A program made the translations under genes and the position numbers. From Myxococcales bacterium (GTDB lineage: Bacteria > Myxococcota_A > Polyangia > Polyangiales > Polyangiaceae), in NCBI GenBank assembly GCA_043747615.1, contig JAYTOU010000033.1:96001-160000 (forward strand): a stretch of DNA of 64,000 nt, given 5' to 3'. Under the pieces are notes generated by a model that was not told the origin of the DNA, ran no database searches, and worked only from the letters and a program-made list of their open reading frames with translations. Positions 1 through 9,031 of the stretch are shown piece after piece. Position 1 is the first letter of the stretch, and each line of letters starts with the position of its first letter.

Positions 1-219
1 AAATCACCGCCGGAAAGACCCGTGTTCGTAGCGGACATCTTCTGGGGAAGGGTCGGGCGTCGCTGCGGGTTTATCGGTGATGCGCACCGCGCCAAGCACG
101 CGACGCATCTGGGCTAGAAGAAGAAATCCTCTTCTCTACGACCTCCCACGGTGGCGGTCTATCTGCACTCGAGCGAGGCCGCGTAGCGAACGCATGTCGG
201 TTCGTTCTAGGATGCAACG

Positions 220-615
220 GTGGACGCTCATGCTCTCGACACGCTTCTCGACGTGCTCCGAAGGGAGCGTGGTGTGCGCTCGGCGTCGCGGGGGTGTCAG
301 GATGGGACGTGCGGCGCGTGTCGCGTTATCGTCGACGGAGCGCTCGTGAATTCGTGCACGATGAAGTGGGGCGACGTCCCCGAAAACGCGCGCATCGAGA
401 GCTACGAGGATCTGGAAAACGATCCCGCCGCCGCGCGCGCCGTCGCGGCGTTTCTCAAGGAACGCCCCACACGCTGTCGTCTCTGCGTGGGCCCACTGGG
501 AGTGACCGCCGTGGCGATCTGCCGAAGGGGCCTCGAGGTCGACGAGGCGATCGGCGAGGCCACCTGCATGTGCACCGGCCGCGGGTCGTGGCGCCGCGCG
601 CTCACGATTCTCTAG
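220..615 (+). CDS. (2Fe-2S)-binding protein, CoxS/CutS/xanthine dehydrogenase small-subunit-like, divergent
   Basis: TLLDVLR..GCQDGTCGACRVIVDG..NSC first cluster motif; second site CRLC...CMCTG resembles QCGYC...CRCTG. The N-terminus is short (in-frame TAG at 208-210). Confidence 0.8.
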   Translation: MDAHALDTLLDVLRRERGVRSASRGCQDGTCGACRVIVDGALVNSCTMKWGDVPENARIESYEDLENDPAAARAVAAFLKERPTRCRLCVGPLGVTAVAICRRGLEVDEAIGEATCMCTGRGSWRRALTIL

Positions 616-625
616 TAATGGGTGT

Positions 626-1177
626 CTAGTGAATGGGCTTCCCGCAATTGTCCGTGCTGTATTTCATGTGGTTCTTAAGATGAATCGCGCCCGAGAGGTT
701 GCCAGACGTCTTTAGAATCGTGACGTCGGCGACGAAGTCCTGCGTGCAGTCCGTGCCCTGACACGACTTCTCGGCTTTCGAGATCACGATCGTCCCCTGC
801 ATCCCTTGGGTGCACTCCAGCTTGGGAGTATGGCCAACGGAGTCCGGGCCAACCCAGACGCAGGTCTGCGTCTCGAGATCCGCCAAGCGAAACGTTCCGA
901 TCACTTTGTACGCCTCGATGCTTCGAATCGAGAGCGAGGCGGATGCAGGCTTCGCGCCGGCAACGCGGATCCCACCTTCGATCGAGAATTCGTTCGGCAG
1001 TCCGTTGACGACGAAGTCCGTCGAGACGTTGGTCGACAGATCGACTTCGGCAGTAACGCCCGCCTTGTCGACAAGAGACAGATGCCCCGTCGACGCATCG
1101 TCACTTGATATGGCGCACGGGTTGGCGCATCCGCACGCAAGGAGGCCCCACAGACAGCGAGCGCGGAGAGCGGCCAT
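626..1177 (-). CDS. Hypothetical Cys-containing lipoprotein
   Basis: 183-aa ORF, signal-like N-terminus with LACGC lipobox-like motif, beta-rich body with paired Cys. Confidence 0.6.
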   Translation of the reverse strand: MAALRARCLWGLLACGCANPCAISSDDASTGHLSLVDKAGVTAEVDLSTNVSTDFVVNGLPNEFSIEGGIRVAGAKPASASLSIRSIEAYKVIGTFRLADLETQTCVWVGPDSVGHTPKLECTQGMQGTIVISKAEKSCQGTDCTQDFVADVTILKTSGNLSGAIHLKNHMKYSTDNCGKPIH

Positions 1178-1192
1178 TCAGGCGTTGGATTG

Positions 1193-1209
1193 TGCAGGTT
1201 CCTTGCCAG
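1193..1209 (-). promoter_or_regulatory. Putative sigma54 -24/-12 promoter for the 626-1177 gene
   Basis: Minus strand CTGGCAAGGAACCTGCA: GG-N10-GC spacing, close to consensus YTGGCACG-N4-TTGCW. Confidence 0.45.
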
Positions 1210-1400
1210 CCATTTCGCCCTGAGATTTGGGCGAAACGCGCGCGTCCAGTCCCTTCTGTTCACGGACTGTAGGACTTCCGCCACACTTCACGGACGACAC
1301 CACGTCTCGCCCTCTCCTCAGCGCCCTAGCAAGGCGCCTCAGGGGATCGAGAAAGCGGCGCGTGATGCCCGCTTCATCGACCCCTGAACCCTGAAAGCAA

Positions 1401-1428
1401 TTCGCCCACACCTTGCGGCGTGGGCGAA
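1401..1428 (-). terminator. Hairpin immediately 3' of rnpB, probable intrinsic terminator
   Basis: TTCGCCCAC...GTGGGCGAA inverted repeat, followed on the minus strand by TTGCTTTC. Confidence 0.55.
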
Positions 1429-1431
1429 CAG

Positions 1432-1894
1432 GTCGACGTCGTTTGTAAGCCGAGTTCTGTTCCGCGAAAGAATCGCTTCCCTCGCGGCGACGATCATTCC
1501 TCTAGGACGGCCGTTACCGGACGCCTCTAGCAGCCAACCCGCAGGCTCGGGCGAGTAACCCTAGCTCCTCGTCGCCAAGTTTCCCGGACGACTCGGAGCG
1601 CGGTCCGAAGACCGTGCCTGCCTATGCGGCCTTGCTCCCGATGGGGTTTTCCTTGCCACGGACGTTGCCGCCCGCGCGGTGGGCTCTTACCCCGCCTTTT
1701 CACCCTTACCGCCCGCGAGGCCGAAGCTGGCGCGGGAGGCGGTTTCTTTTCTGTGGCACTTTCCTGGGCGTTTCCGCCACCGGGCGTTACCCGGCATCGT
1801 TACTCTCTGGAGCTCGGACTTTCCTCCCGTTTGACGCGTGGCCTTCATTGCTGGAGGTGAACACCAAACCGGCGACCGCCTTCGTGGCGTCGAC
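1432..1894 (-). ncRNA. rnpB: RNase P RNA, bacterial type A
   Basis: Minus strand has GAGGAAAGTCCGAGCTCC near the 5' end, GGAAAGTGCCACAGAAAA, GGTAAGGGTGAAAAGGCGGGGTAAGAGCCCACC, and ACAGAACTCGGCTTAC near the 3' end. Terminal GTCGACG/CGTCGAC form P1. Confidence 0.96.
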
Positions 1895-1951
1895 GCGACG
1901 GAAGATGTCACTTTGCACACGCCCCCGCAATGGGTGCATGCTCCCGCGGAA

Positions 1952-2965
1952 ATGCGCTCCGAGCTCCTTTACCTGTCAACCTTTTTTCTGGCGTTCGCCG
2001 CGATGGGTTGCACCAAATCGCTGATCGCTCTGCACGCGCCGAACCTAACGCCGAGCCAGGCGCGCACCGACGCCACCCGCGTGGAGCTAGAGCCGATCAG
2101 CGTCGCCGCCGACGCTCACCCCGAGGTCCCCGGAGCCCGGAATTTCGAACCACCGGGCCCGGCGCACGTCCTGTCGGCCGGCATGACGACGGAGCTTCTG
2201 GCGCGCGCCCTCGAGGGCGGAGACCCGGGCGGCTACGTTGCGCGGTGCCGGCTCGGTCGATTCGCGATGCGAACGAAGACGGAGTCGACGATCGGGCGCA
2301 CCCTTGCTTCTCTCTACGTCGACCTCGCATGCGAGGTGCGTCGTAAGGCGGACAAAACCACGGTGTGGCGCGGCGCGCTGCGTGGGCGTGGATTCGCGGC
2401 GGCCGACTCCAGCGTCTTCTTGAACGACGATCAAATGCTCCAGAGCCTCGCCGATCGCTTGATGAGCGACGTGTCTCGAGAGCTGGCGAGCGATCTCGCC
2501 ATTCGCGTTCTGGCCCTCAAGTCGAAGCCGAGCGGTCGCGTCTTCGCCAACGAAGAAGCGGAACGCGACAGCGCGGGCATCGACGACTCAATGATAGGCA
2601 GCACCGCGCTCTTGGAGACCGAGGAGTCTGCCAAGGCAGCGGCCGGCTCGCTCCGCGATCGCGATCCCGCCGTGCGCGCTGCGGCGTGGAACGTCGTCGC
2701 CATGGCCGCAGGACCGGACGAAGAGTGGGCCGGAGGCGTCGAGGACCACATTGACGACGACGCGTTCGTGCGGTTTTTTCAGTACAAAGCGTTCGCGCGT
2801 CACGGGTCGCGGGCCACGCTGAGCGCCCTCAGGCGCGCGCTGAAAGCCGAGCCTCACGCCTTGCTCGAAGAGTTCTTGAAAGACGTGTTGGGAGGCGAAG
2901 CGCTCTTCGTTCGCGGCGGAAGAAAAGCGAGCGCCGAGACGAACGGCACGACGACCAACCCGTAG
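1952..2965 (+). CDS. Hypothetical lipoprotein with a helical (HEAT-like) C-terminal region
   Basis: ATG at 1952 gives MRSELLYLSTFFLAFAAMGC (lipobox); LRDRDPAVRAAAWNVV is HEAT-like. The upstream extension in the ORF track overlaps rnpB and was discarded. Confidence 0.65.
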   Translation: MRSELLYLSTFFLAFAAMGCTKSLIALHAPNLTPSQARTDATRVELEPISVAADAHPEVPGARNFEPPGPAHVLSAGMTTELLARALEGGDPGGYVARCRLGRFAMRTKTESTIGRTLASLYVDLACEVRRKADKTTVWRGALRGRGFAAADSSVFLNDDQMLQSLADRLMSDVSRELASDLAIRVLALKSKPSGRVFANEEAERDSAGIDDSMIGSTALLETEESAKAAAGSLRDRDPAVRAAAWNVVAMAAGPDEEWAGGVEDHIDDDAFVRFFQYKAFARHGSRATLSALRRALKAEPHALLEEFLKDVLGGEALFVRGGRKASAETNGTTTNP

Positions 2966-4236
2966 CGTCCGGCACCAAAAAAAACGGCGTGGGTCGCGGC
3001 AGTCGCGACGATGACGGCGACCGACCACGGAAGAAGCGGCGAGTCCTCCGGATGGATCGGCACGAGCGCGGTGAGGAGCGCGAGCACGAGCAGCGCGACC
3101 CACGCATGCACGGTGAGCCCGAAGACGACGCCAAGGAGAACGAGAGCCAGTTTTGCCTTCGATCGCGCACCAGGCGCACGGACCGAGGCCACGAGAGCAG
3201 CAACTAGCAGCACGCGGCTCACGACCGTCTCGAGCACGCCGAGAGCGAGCTTCGCGCGATCTGGGAACGCGGCTGCGTTCGACGTGTGCAAGTACCACGG
3301 CGCGGCTCCGTAGTAGTCGAAGGTCACCGCGAGCTTCGTGGGGATCTTCGTGAGCCAGCGACCCGGGCTCGACGCGATCCGCTCACGTGCGGCGCGCTCG
3401 AAGCACGCATCTTTCGCCGCCTCATCCCAGACTTCGCGGCACGCTTCGGGGACTTGGATCTCGCCCCAGGCCCCGCTTTCGCTCTCTTCGCCGATGAGGA
3501 GATTCCATCCGGCGTTGACGCTCACGAGAGCGCAGCGATTCATGCGCACGCAGTTTCTCGCCGTCCATGGCAGGCAACAAGCGACGCTGATCACGGAGAC
3601 GACGATCGCGGACATGACTCGCGGATAGACCTTTATTTCTCGCGTAGAAAGAGCACCGAGGAGCGGCGCGAGCACGAGGACCTGGGGGCGCGTTAGCGTG
3701 GCGATGCCCATCACGATCCCGGACAGAGAGCGCCAGCGCCACGGGTGATCCTGCAAGCGCGCCTCCGCCGCGAGGGCGCACGCAATGGCCAGCCACGCCG
3801 CCGTCACCCCTTCCGTCATCAGCGCCGCAGTGTACGGAACGAGCGCGGGATGGAGAGCCACCACCAGTCCGGCTGCGAAGGCGCGGCGCGGGGTCATCAT
3901 GGGCCACGCCAAACGGTGAATCGCAAAGGCACCGAGCGCGCCGAGCACGGCGTTGACCACCATCGCCACCACCGGCTTCGCGCCGAACACTGCGTAAAGA
4001 GCGCCGAGGATCGCTGGATACCCGATCGGATAGTGCGCGGCGTAGGTGACGACGCCATCCGGCCACACCCATGTGTAGCCCTCGCCCTCCGCGACGCGCT
4101 TGGCGATCGCGTGGTAGTAGGTGCCGTCCGCCGCGGGGGGAAATCGTCCGGCCGCCCACAAGGCGACGACGAGGCGTGCGGCGAGGGCTGCGGCGGTGAC
4201 TGCCGCTCCGTCGCGCGTTTGCCGATCTAGCCGCAC
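2854..4236 (-). CDS. GT-C fold membrane glycosyltransferase (ArnT/PMT, family 39-like)
   Basis: DGTYYHAIAKRVAEGEGY, AHYPIGYPAILG, LMTEG, LTRP and PWTARN motifs with many TM segments. GTG start overlaps the maf stop (TAGTG). Confidence 0.8.
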   Translation of the reverse strand: MRLDRQTRDGAAVTAAALAARLVVALWAAGRFPPAADGTYYHAIAKRVAEGEGYTWVWPDGVVTYAAHYPIGYPAILGALYAVFGAKPVVAMVVNAVLGALGAFAIHRLAWPMMTPRRAFAAGLVVALHPALVPYTAALMTEGVTAAWLAIACALAAEARLQDHPWRWRSLSGIVMGIATLTRPQVLVLAPLLGALSTREIKVYPRVMSAIVVSVISVACCLPWTARNCVRMNRCALVSVNAGWNLLIGEESESGAWGEIQVPEACREVWDEAAKDACFERAARERIASSPGRWLTKIPTKLAVTFDYYGAAPWYLHTSNAAAFPDRAKLALGVLETVVSRVLLVAALVASVRAPGARSKAKLALVLLGVVFGLTVHAWVALLVLALLTALVPIHPEDSPLLPWSVAVIVATAATHAVFFGAGRYGLVVVPFVSALAFLPPRTKSASPPNTSFKNSSSKA

Positions 4237-4850
4237 TAGAGTTTTTCGAAACGTCGCAAGGCCACGACCAGCTCGCAGGCTGGAAGGCCGACCACGTTGC
4301 TGTACGAGCCGTCGATGCGTGAGATGAGTGAGGCGCCGAGCCCTTGCGCCGCGTACCCTCCGGCCTTGTCGAGCCCCTCGCCACTCGCCGCGTAGGCGTG
4401 GATTTCGGAGACCTCGAGGGGGCGAAACGTCACCCGCGTGGCGACCGTCTCCACGTGAAAGGGCGGGTCGCTCGCGGTGGAGGCGAGAGCGAAGCCGGTG
4501 AGGACTTCGTGGGTCCGGCCGGCGAGGCGGGCGATCATTTCTTGGGCCTCGCTTGCGTTCCCGGGCTTCCCGAGGATCACTTTTCCGTCGATGACCGACG
4601 TGTCGCAGGTCAAAACCACAGATGAGGTGGCGCGCTCTTCGGGGGTGAGGAGCGCGCGGACGGCGTCGAGCTTCGCGAGCACCACGCGCCGTAAATAACC
4701 ATGCGGATCCTCTTCGTCGCGCACGGCCTCGTCCACGTCGGGCGGGCGAACGATGCTCGGAATCAGCAAGCTGGCGAGGATATCGCGGCGACGCGGCGAA
4801 CCGCTTCCGAGGACGAGCGGCGACGACGGCGAAATTCGCTGGGAGGTCAC
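4236..4850 (-). CDS. maf: Maf family nucleoside triphosphate pyrophosphatase
   Basis: LVLGSGSPRRRDIL, CDTSV..ILGKP, DKAGGYAAQG, GSYSNVVGLP. Confidence 0.95.
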   Translation of the reverse strand: MTSQRISPSSPLVLGSGSPRRRDILASLLIPSIVRPPDVDEAVRDEEDPHGYLRRVVLAKLDAVRALLTPEERATSSVVLTCDTSVIDGKVILGKPGNASEAQEMIARLAGRTHEVLTGFALASTASDPPFHVETVATRVTFRPLEVSEIHAYAASGEGLDKAGGYAAQGLGASLISRIDGSYSNVVGLPACELVVALRRFEKL

Positions 4851-4912
4851 GACGAGCGCTCTTACCAGATCGTTCGTTCGGAAGCGCGGTCCCGTGGTAG
4901 GTTTCCCGCCTC

Positions 4913-6082
4913 ATGCGCTCACGCGCCATCGTCGCCTTCTTCGCTCTCACGTTTTGCGCTTCGCGTTTCGCCCTGGCCGGCACGTGCGACCGTCCCATCG
5001 TGAGCGCGTGCATCAATGACGACACGCTCTGGCCTCACGCCGGTCCGCAGCGCTTTATCGGCGTAGGAGGCACGGAGCTCGTCGAGCCAGGCCGCGTAGG
5101 GTTCGGGCTCGTCGCCAGCTATCTCTCGCGACCGATCATCCTCCACACGCCGTCACCCGGCCCCGGAGGCACCGACGAAAACGCCGTGAACGATCAGGTG
5201 AACAGCACCTTCCTCTTCGCGTACGGCGTCACCCACCGACTCGAGCTCGACTTCATCCTTCCCATGACGTTTGCGCAGGGCGGCAGCGGCGTGAGCGCCA
5301 TCACCGGCGGCCAGGATCTGCGCGATACGGCCGTGCGTGACATGCGCTTCGGCGCGACGCTCGCGATCCTTCCGCGTGAACGCGTCGATCCCGGGCTCCT
5401 CGTCGAGACCTCTCCCATTGCCCTCACCGCGCGCTTGGAGGTCTCCGCGCCCACCGGCGATCGGGGCCAGTTCGCCGGAGAAAAAGGCGGCGTTCTCGTT
5501 CCGTCGCTCGCGGCCGATTATCGCCAAGGAAAATGGTTCGGAGCCGTCCAGATCGGCGCGCGGGTGCGGCAAACGGCAGAGTTCGTTGGCGCTCGCATCG
5601 GCACCCAGGCAACCGTCGGGCTCGGCGTGGGCTACGATCTACTGAAGAAGCAGCTTCTGTCGGTGATGATCGACACGCGCGCGCTCCCCACGTTTGCCGA
5701 GCAGCACGACGCGACGCAGACTGCGCAGGGTCTCGTGAGCACTCCCAACGGCAAGCACATCATCCCCGCGGAGTGGATGCTCGCCGTTCGGAGCGCGCCC
5801 ATCAAGGGGGGCGACGTCGCGATCCAGCTCGGCGGGGGCGGCCCGATCCCTCTCAGCTCGGAGGCGGCGCTCACCAGTCCTCGTTTTCGTTTCGTGCTCG
5901 GGGTCACCTACGCGCCCCTCGGGCTCGACTCCGACAAAGACGGCGTCCTCGACAAGGACGACAAATGCCCTGGCACCGCCGGTCTTCGCGCGAACGCAGG
6001 CTGCCCGCCCGAGGCGCCCCCTCCACCTCCGGCACGCCCGGTTGAAGATTCCGTTTCCGCACCACCTAGAGAGGCCCCGTGA
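4913..6082 (+). CDS. Outer-membrane beta-barrel protein with a thrombospondin type-3 repeat and Pro-rich tail
   Basis: Signal peptide, amphipathic strands ending FRFVLGVTYAP, then DSDKDGVLDKDDKCPG..AGCP. Confidence 0.7.
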   Translation: MRSRAIVAFFALTFCASRFALAGTCDRPIVSACINDDTLWPHAGPQRFIGVGGTELVEPGRVGFGLVASYLSRPIILHTPSPGPGGTDENAVNDQVNSTFLFAYGVTHRLELDFILPMTFAQGGSGVSAITGGQDLRDTAVRDMRFGATLAILPRERVDPGLLVETSPIALTARLEVSAPTGDRGQFAGEKGGVLVPSLAADYRQGKWFGAVQIGARVRQTAEFVGARIGTQATVGLGVGYDLLKKQLLSVMIDTRALPTFAEQHDATQTAQGLVSTPNGKHIIPAEWMLAVRSAPIKGGDVAIQLGGGGPIPLSSEAALTSPRFRFVLGVTYAPLGLDSDKDGVLDKDDKCPGTAGLRANAGCPPEAPPPPPARPVEDSVSAPPREAP

Positions 6083-7023
6083 AGACGACGCCGAGCGCTA
6101 CATTCCGCCATCTCCTGCTCCGATCCGATTCGGGGGAGAAACTCCCGGGAGCGCTCGTCGAAGCGCTTCGCGAGCATGCTGTTACCGGAGGCTGGTGGTC
6201 AGGGAGCGGCGTCGTTCGCGACGTCGAGATTCGCGCCTTCGACACCAAGAAAAACGCGCTCGGGAGCGTGAACAAAATCCCCGGCCCGGTGCACCTTCTT
6301 TCTGTCGAGGGAGCGATCGGAAACGCGAACGGAACGCTGTCGATCGGAATGCGCGTGGTCATCGCCCGCGACACCGACAGCGGGCTCGAGACGCTGGCGG
6401 GTGAGCTCACCTCGGCCACCGTCGTCGGCCTGGAGGCAATGGTCACCGCCCTGGATGACGTGGCGGTGGATCGAATCCTCGACGAAAAAGCGGGCGTGTG
6501 GCTCGTCGGACTCGGACGGGGGGCATCGGCAGGTGTGACGCCTGCAAAACCGGCAATGGCAGTAGAGGAACGAAAAGAAATGGCTGAAGCTCGTAATCTC
6601 CCGGAAATCGCAGCTCCCGCGGTCGTGCCGTCGGCGCCCGCCGTCGTCGAAAAGAGCGCACCAAAGGCTGCTGAATCCTCGCCGGGCGCGTGGTCGCAAG
6701 CGGTCACCGGGGGTGTGGAAGCCACGAAAGACGGAGCGCCGGTCGTGCGTGCTCCCTTCAGGAGCGGAGGTCCGGGGTCGGCGATGCCCGCCAGGCCGCC
6801 GCCGCGCGCGGACACCAGCCACGACGTTCTTCCGGAGGAAGGCGACGCGGTGGAGCACTTCGCGTTCGGTAGCTGCGACGTAGTGAAGAGCGACGGTGAT
6901 CGGCTTCACCTCAAGGTTCGCAAAGACGGTCGCATCAAGGAGATCGCTCTCGAAATGCTCCGCGTGCAGCTTCTCGAATCCGAAGGCACAGTCCGCCGCT
7001 TTTTGCTTCAGCGAAAAATGTAA
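6079..7023 (+). CDS. PPC/DUF296 domain protein with Pro/Ala linker and a small C-terminal beta domain
   Basis: LLRSDSGEKLPGALVEALREHAVTGGWWSGSGVV..HLLSVEGAI..AGEL fits PPC; GTG start overlaps the upstream stop. Confidence 0.75.
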   Translation: MKTTPSATFRHLLLRSDSGEKLPGALVEALREHAVTGGWWSGSGVVRDVEIRAFDTKKNALGSVNKIPGPVHLLSVEGAIGNANGTLSIGMRVVIARDTDSGLETLAGELTSATVVGLEAMVTALDDVAVDRILDEKAGVWLVGLGRGASAGVTPAKPAMAVEERKEMAEARNLPEIAAPAVVPSAPAVVEKSAPKAAESSPGAWSQAVTGGVEATKDGAPVVRAPFRSGGPGSAMPARPPPRADTSHDVLPEEGDAVEHFAFGSCDVVKSDGDRLHLKVRKDGRIKEIALEMLRVQLLESEGTVRRFLLQRKM

Positions 7024-7045
7024 CGCGGCGCCCCCAGCATGGGGG

Positions 7046-7975
7046 CTAGCTCGAAGGCGCGGTCACGCATGCCGTGGTGCCGTATACGTGGAGCTCGGCG
7101 CCGACGCCGTGCGTGCCTTTGATCATGGCAAACGCGATGGGTGCTCCGTCGGGGGTGTCGGCAGCACTGGTGATTTGACCGAGGACCGCGCCGGCAGCGT
7201 CGGTGACGCTCTCTCCTTTTGCCGGGGGTGGCCCCGCGCGAAGCGTGAGCGGGACGAGCTTTCGTTTCACGTGCCCGCGCAGCTCGAGCATGCACACTAC
7301 TTCTTGGCCGAGGTAGCAGCCCTTGTTGAAAGAGACGGCGCGCTTCTCGAGGAGCGCCTCTTGCGGGTAGGTGGTGACGTCGAAGTCGTGTCCGAAGCGG
7401 GGGATTCCCGACGCAAGGCGAAGGGATTCCCAGCTCGCTTGCTCGCCGATCGCGCCCCCCAGCTCACCGGCGGCCGCCGCCATGGCCTCGCGTACGGAAG
7501 CCTCGTTTTCACGCTCGACGACGACGATGGCCCCTCCGAGCCCGGTGTAATCGAGCGGCGCACCGACCGCTCCGAAAGGGCGCACCCGCGAGAGCAGCTC
7601 GGCGGATTTCGGACCGTGAAGCTGCCACACCACGAAGGCCTCGGGCGCGGGCGCGACCTCCGCATCTTCCATGATCAAATATTTTTCGAACGAGACCTTG
7701 AGCGCGTTCATCTCCGTGCTCGGCACTGCAAGCACAAGGCGCTCGGCATCCACCAGCACCGTGAGATCGGCCATGATGCGGCCTTTCTGGGTGACCGCGA
7801 GCCCGTAGGCGGCGGCGCCCGGCGCGAGCTTGGCGAGGTCGCAGGTGACGATCCCATTCAGCCACGTTTGACGATCGGCCCCGGTGACGAGCATGACCCC
7901 GAGCTCCGGTGCCTCGACGGCTAGAACGGCGCTGCGCGCGCGCGCGATGTGATCCTTCAGTGTTAGAGCGTCCAC
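7046..7975 (-). CDS. ygfZ: YgfZ/GcvT-like folate-binding protein
   Basis: Signature VSFNKGCYLGQEVV; GADRQTWLNGIVTCD. Confidence 0.92.
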   Translation of the reverse strand: MDALTLKDHIARARSAVLAVEAPELGVMLVTGADRQTWLNGIVTCDLAKLAPGAAAYGLAVTQKGRIMADLTVLVDAERLVLAVPSTEMNALKVSFEKYLIMEDAEVAPAPEAFVVWQLHGPKSAELLSRVRPFGAVGAPLDYTGLGGAIVVVERENEASVREAMAAAAGELGGAIGEQASWESLRLASGIPRFGHDFDVTTYPQEALLEKRAVSFNKGCYLGQEVVCMLELRGHVKRKLVPLTLRAGPPPAKGESVTDAAGAVLGQITSAADTPDGAPIAFAMIKGTHGVGAELHVYGTTACVTAPSS

Positions 7976-8060
7976 CGGTTTATTCTAAGCACTCTTGGGA
8001 CGCCGCGTCCCGGCGATATGGTTTGACCGGTACGCCGTCTGTCGTCATACCGAACGCCGA

Positions 8061-9008
8061 ATGTCCGGGATCGGCGTAGTCTTCAACCCCAGAAGCCGCA
8101 GAAATCTGCGGGATCCGCGGGCTGCCACACGGCTTGCCCGAAAACTCGGCGATCACGGCATCGTCCGCGCGGCCCATTCGGTCGACGAGCTCCACCGCAT
8201 CGCCGAGGACTTCAAGCGCTTACGCATCGACGTCCTCGGGATCAGCGGCGGTGACGGCACGAACCACGTCACCATCACTGGATTTTTGAACGTCTACGAC
8301 GGAAGCACCCTCCCCTCTCTCGCGTTTCTCCGGGGCGGTACGATGAACACGGTCGCCAACTCCGTCGGCATTACGGAGGGGCGCCCCGAAGGCCTTCTCG
8401 GCCGGCTGATGCGAGCCTATGCACGGCGCGCGTCGATGCCCCTCGAGAACGTCGAGCGTCACGTGATGCGCGTCGGCTCCGACTACGGATTTCTCTTCGG
8501 CACCGGAGCGGCCTACGGCTTTCTCGCCGAGTACTACCGCGACGGAGATCCCTCCCCTCTCCTGGCGGCAAAGACGCTCGCACGTGGCGTCGCGAGCACT
8601 CTCATTGGCGGCGAGATGGTGCGGCGCATGGCTGCCCCCTTCCGCGGATCGGTGTCGTTCGACGACGGGACCTCGTGGGAAGAGCGCGATTACCTGTCGG
8701 TGACGGGGGGGACGATCGCGCAGATCGGGCTGAATTTCAGGCCCTTCTATCGCTTCGACGAACGCCCCAACACCTTCCATCTGCTCGGCATCTACGCGTC
8801 TCACATGGGATTCGTGCGCGACCTTCCGCGAATCTGGCGGGCTGAGCCGATGCGCCCGGGACTTACGTACGAGGCCGTCGTCGACAAGGCCACGATCCGC
8901 AGCGCCGACGGCCAAATGCGTTACATGATCGACGGCGATCTCCACGAAAAGTCGGGCGAGCTGGAAGTCGCCATCGGCCCCAAGGTCAAGATCGTCGTCG
9001 GTACGTAG
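8061..9008 (+). CDS. Diacylglycerol/sphingosine kinase family lipid kinase
   Basis: VVFNPRS, GGDGT, LRGGTMNTVA, YMIDGD; ATG at 8061. Confidence 0.88.
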   Translation: MSGIGVVFNPRSRRNLRDPRAATRLARKLGDHGIVRAAHSVDELHRIAEDFKRLRIDVLGISGGDGTNHVTITGFLNVYDGSTLPSLAFLRGGTMNTVANSVGITEGRPEGLLGRLMRAYARRASMPLENVERHVMRVGSDYGFLFGTGAAYGFLAEYYRDGDPSPLLAAKTLARGVASTLIGGEMVRRMAAPFRGSVSFDDGTSWEERDYLSVTGGTIAQIGLNFRPFYRFDERPNTFHLLGIYASHMGFVRDLPRIWRAEPMRPGLTYEAVVDKATIRSADGQMRYMIDGDLHEKSGELEVAIGPKVKIVVGT

Positions 9009-9031
9009 CACGCCGCGTGATGAGGTAGTCT

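Noticed and set aside
1614..2024. ORFs 1614-2024, 1624-1860, 1687-1920 and the 1838 start of the lipoprotein ORF
   Set aside because: They overlap rnpB and are shadow ORFs; the lipoprotein start fits ATG 1952
4237..5025. N-terminal 263 aa of the 723-aa ORF 2854-5025
   Set aside because: Arg-rich off-frame read-through across maf; the gene most likely starts at GTG 4236
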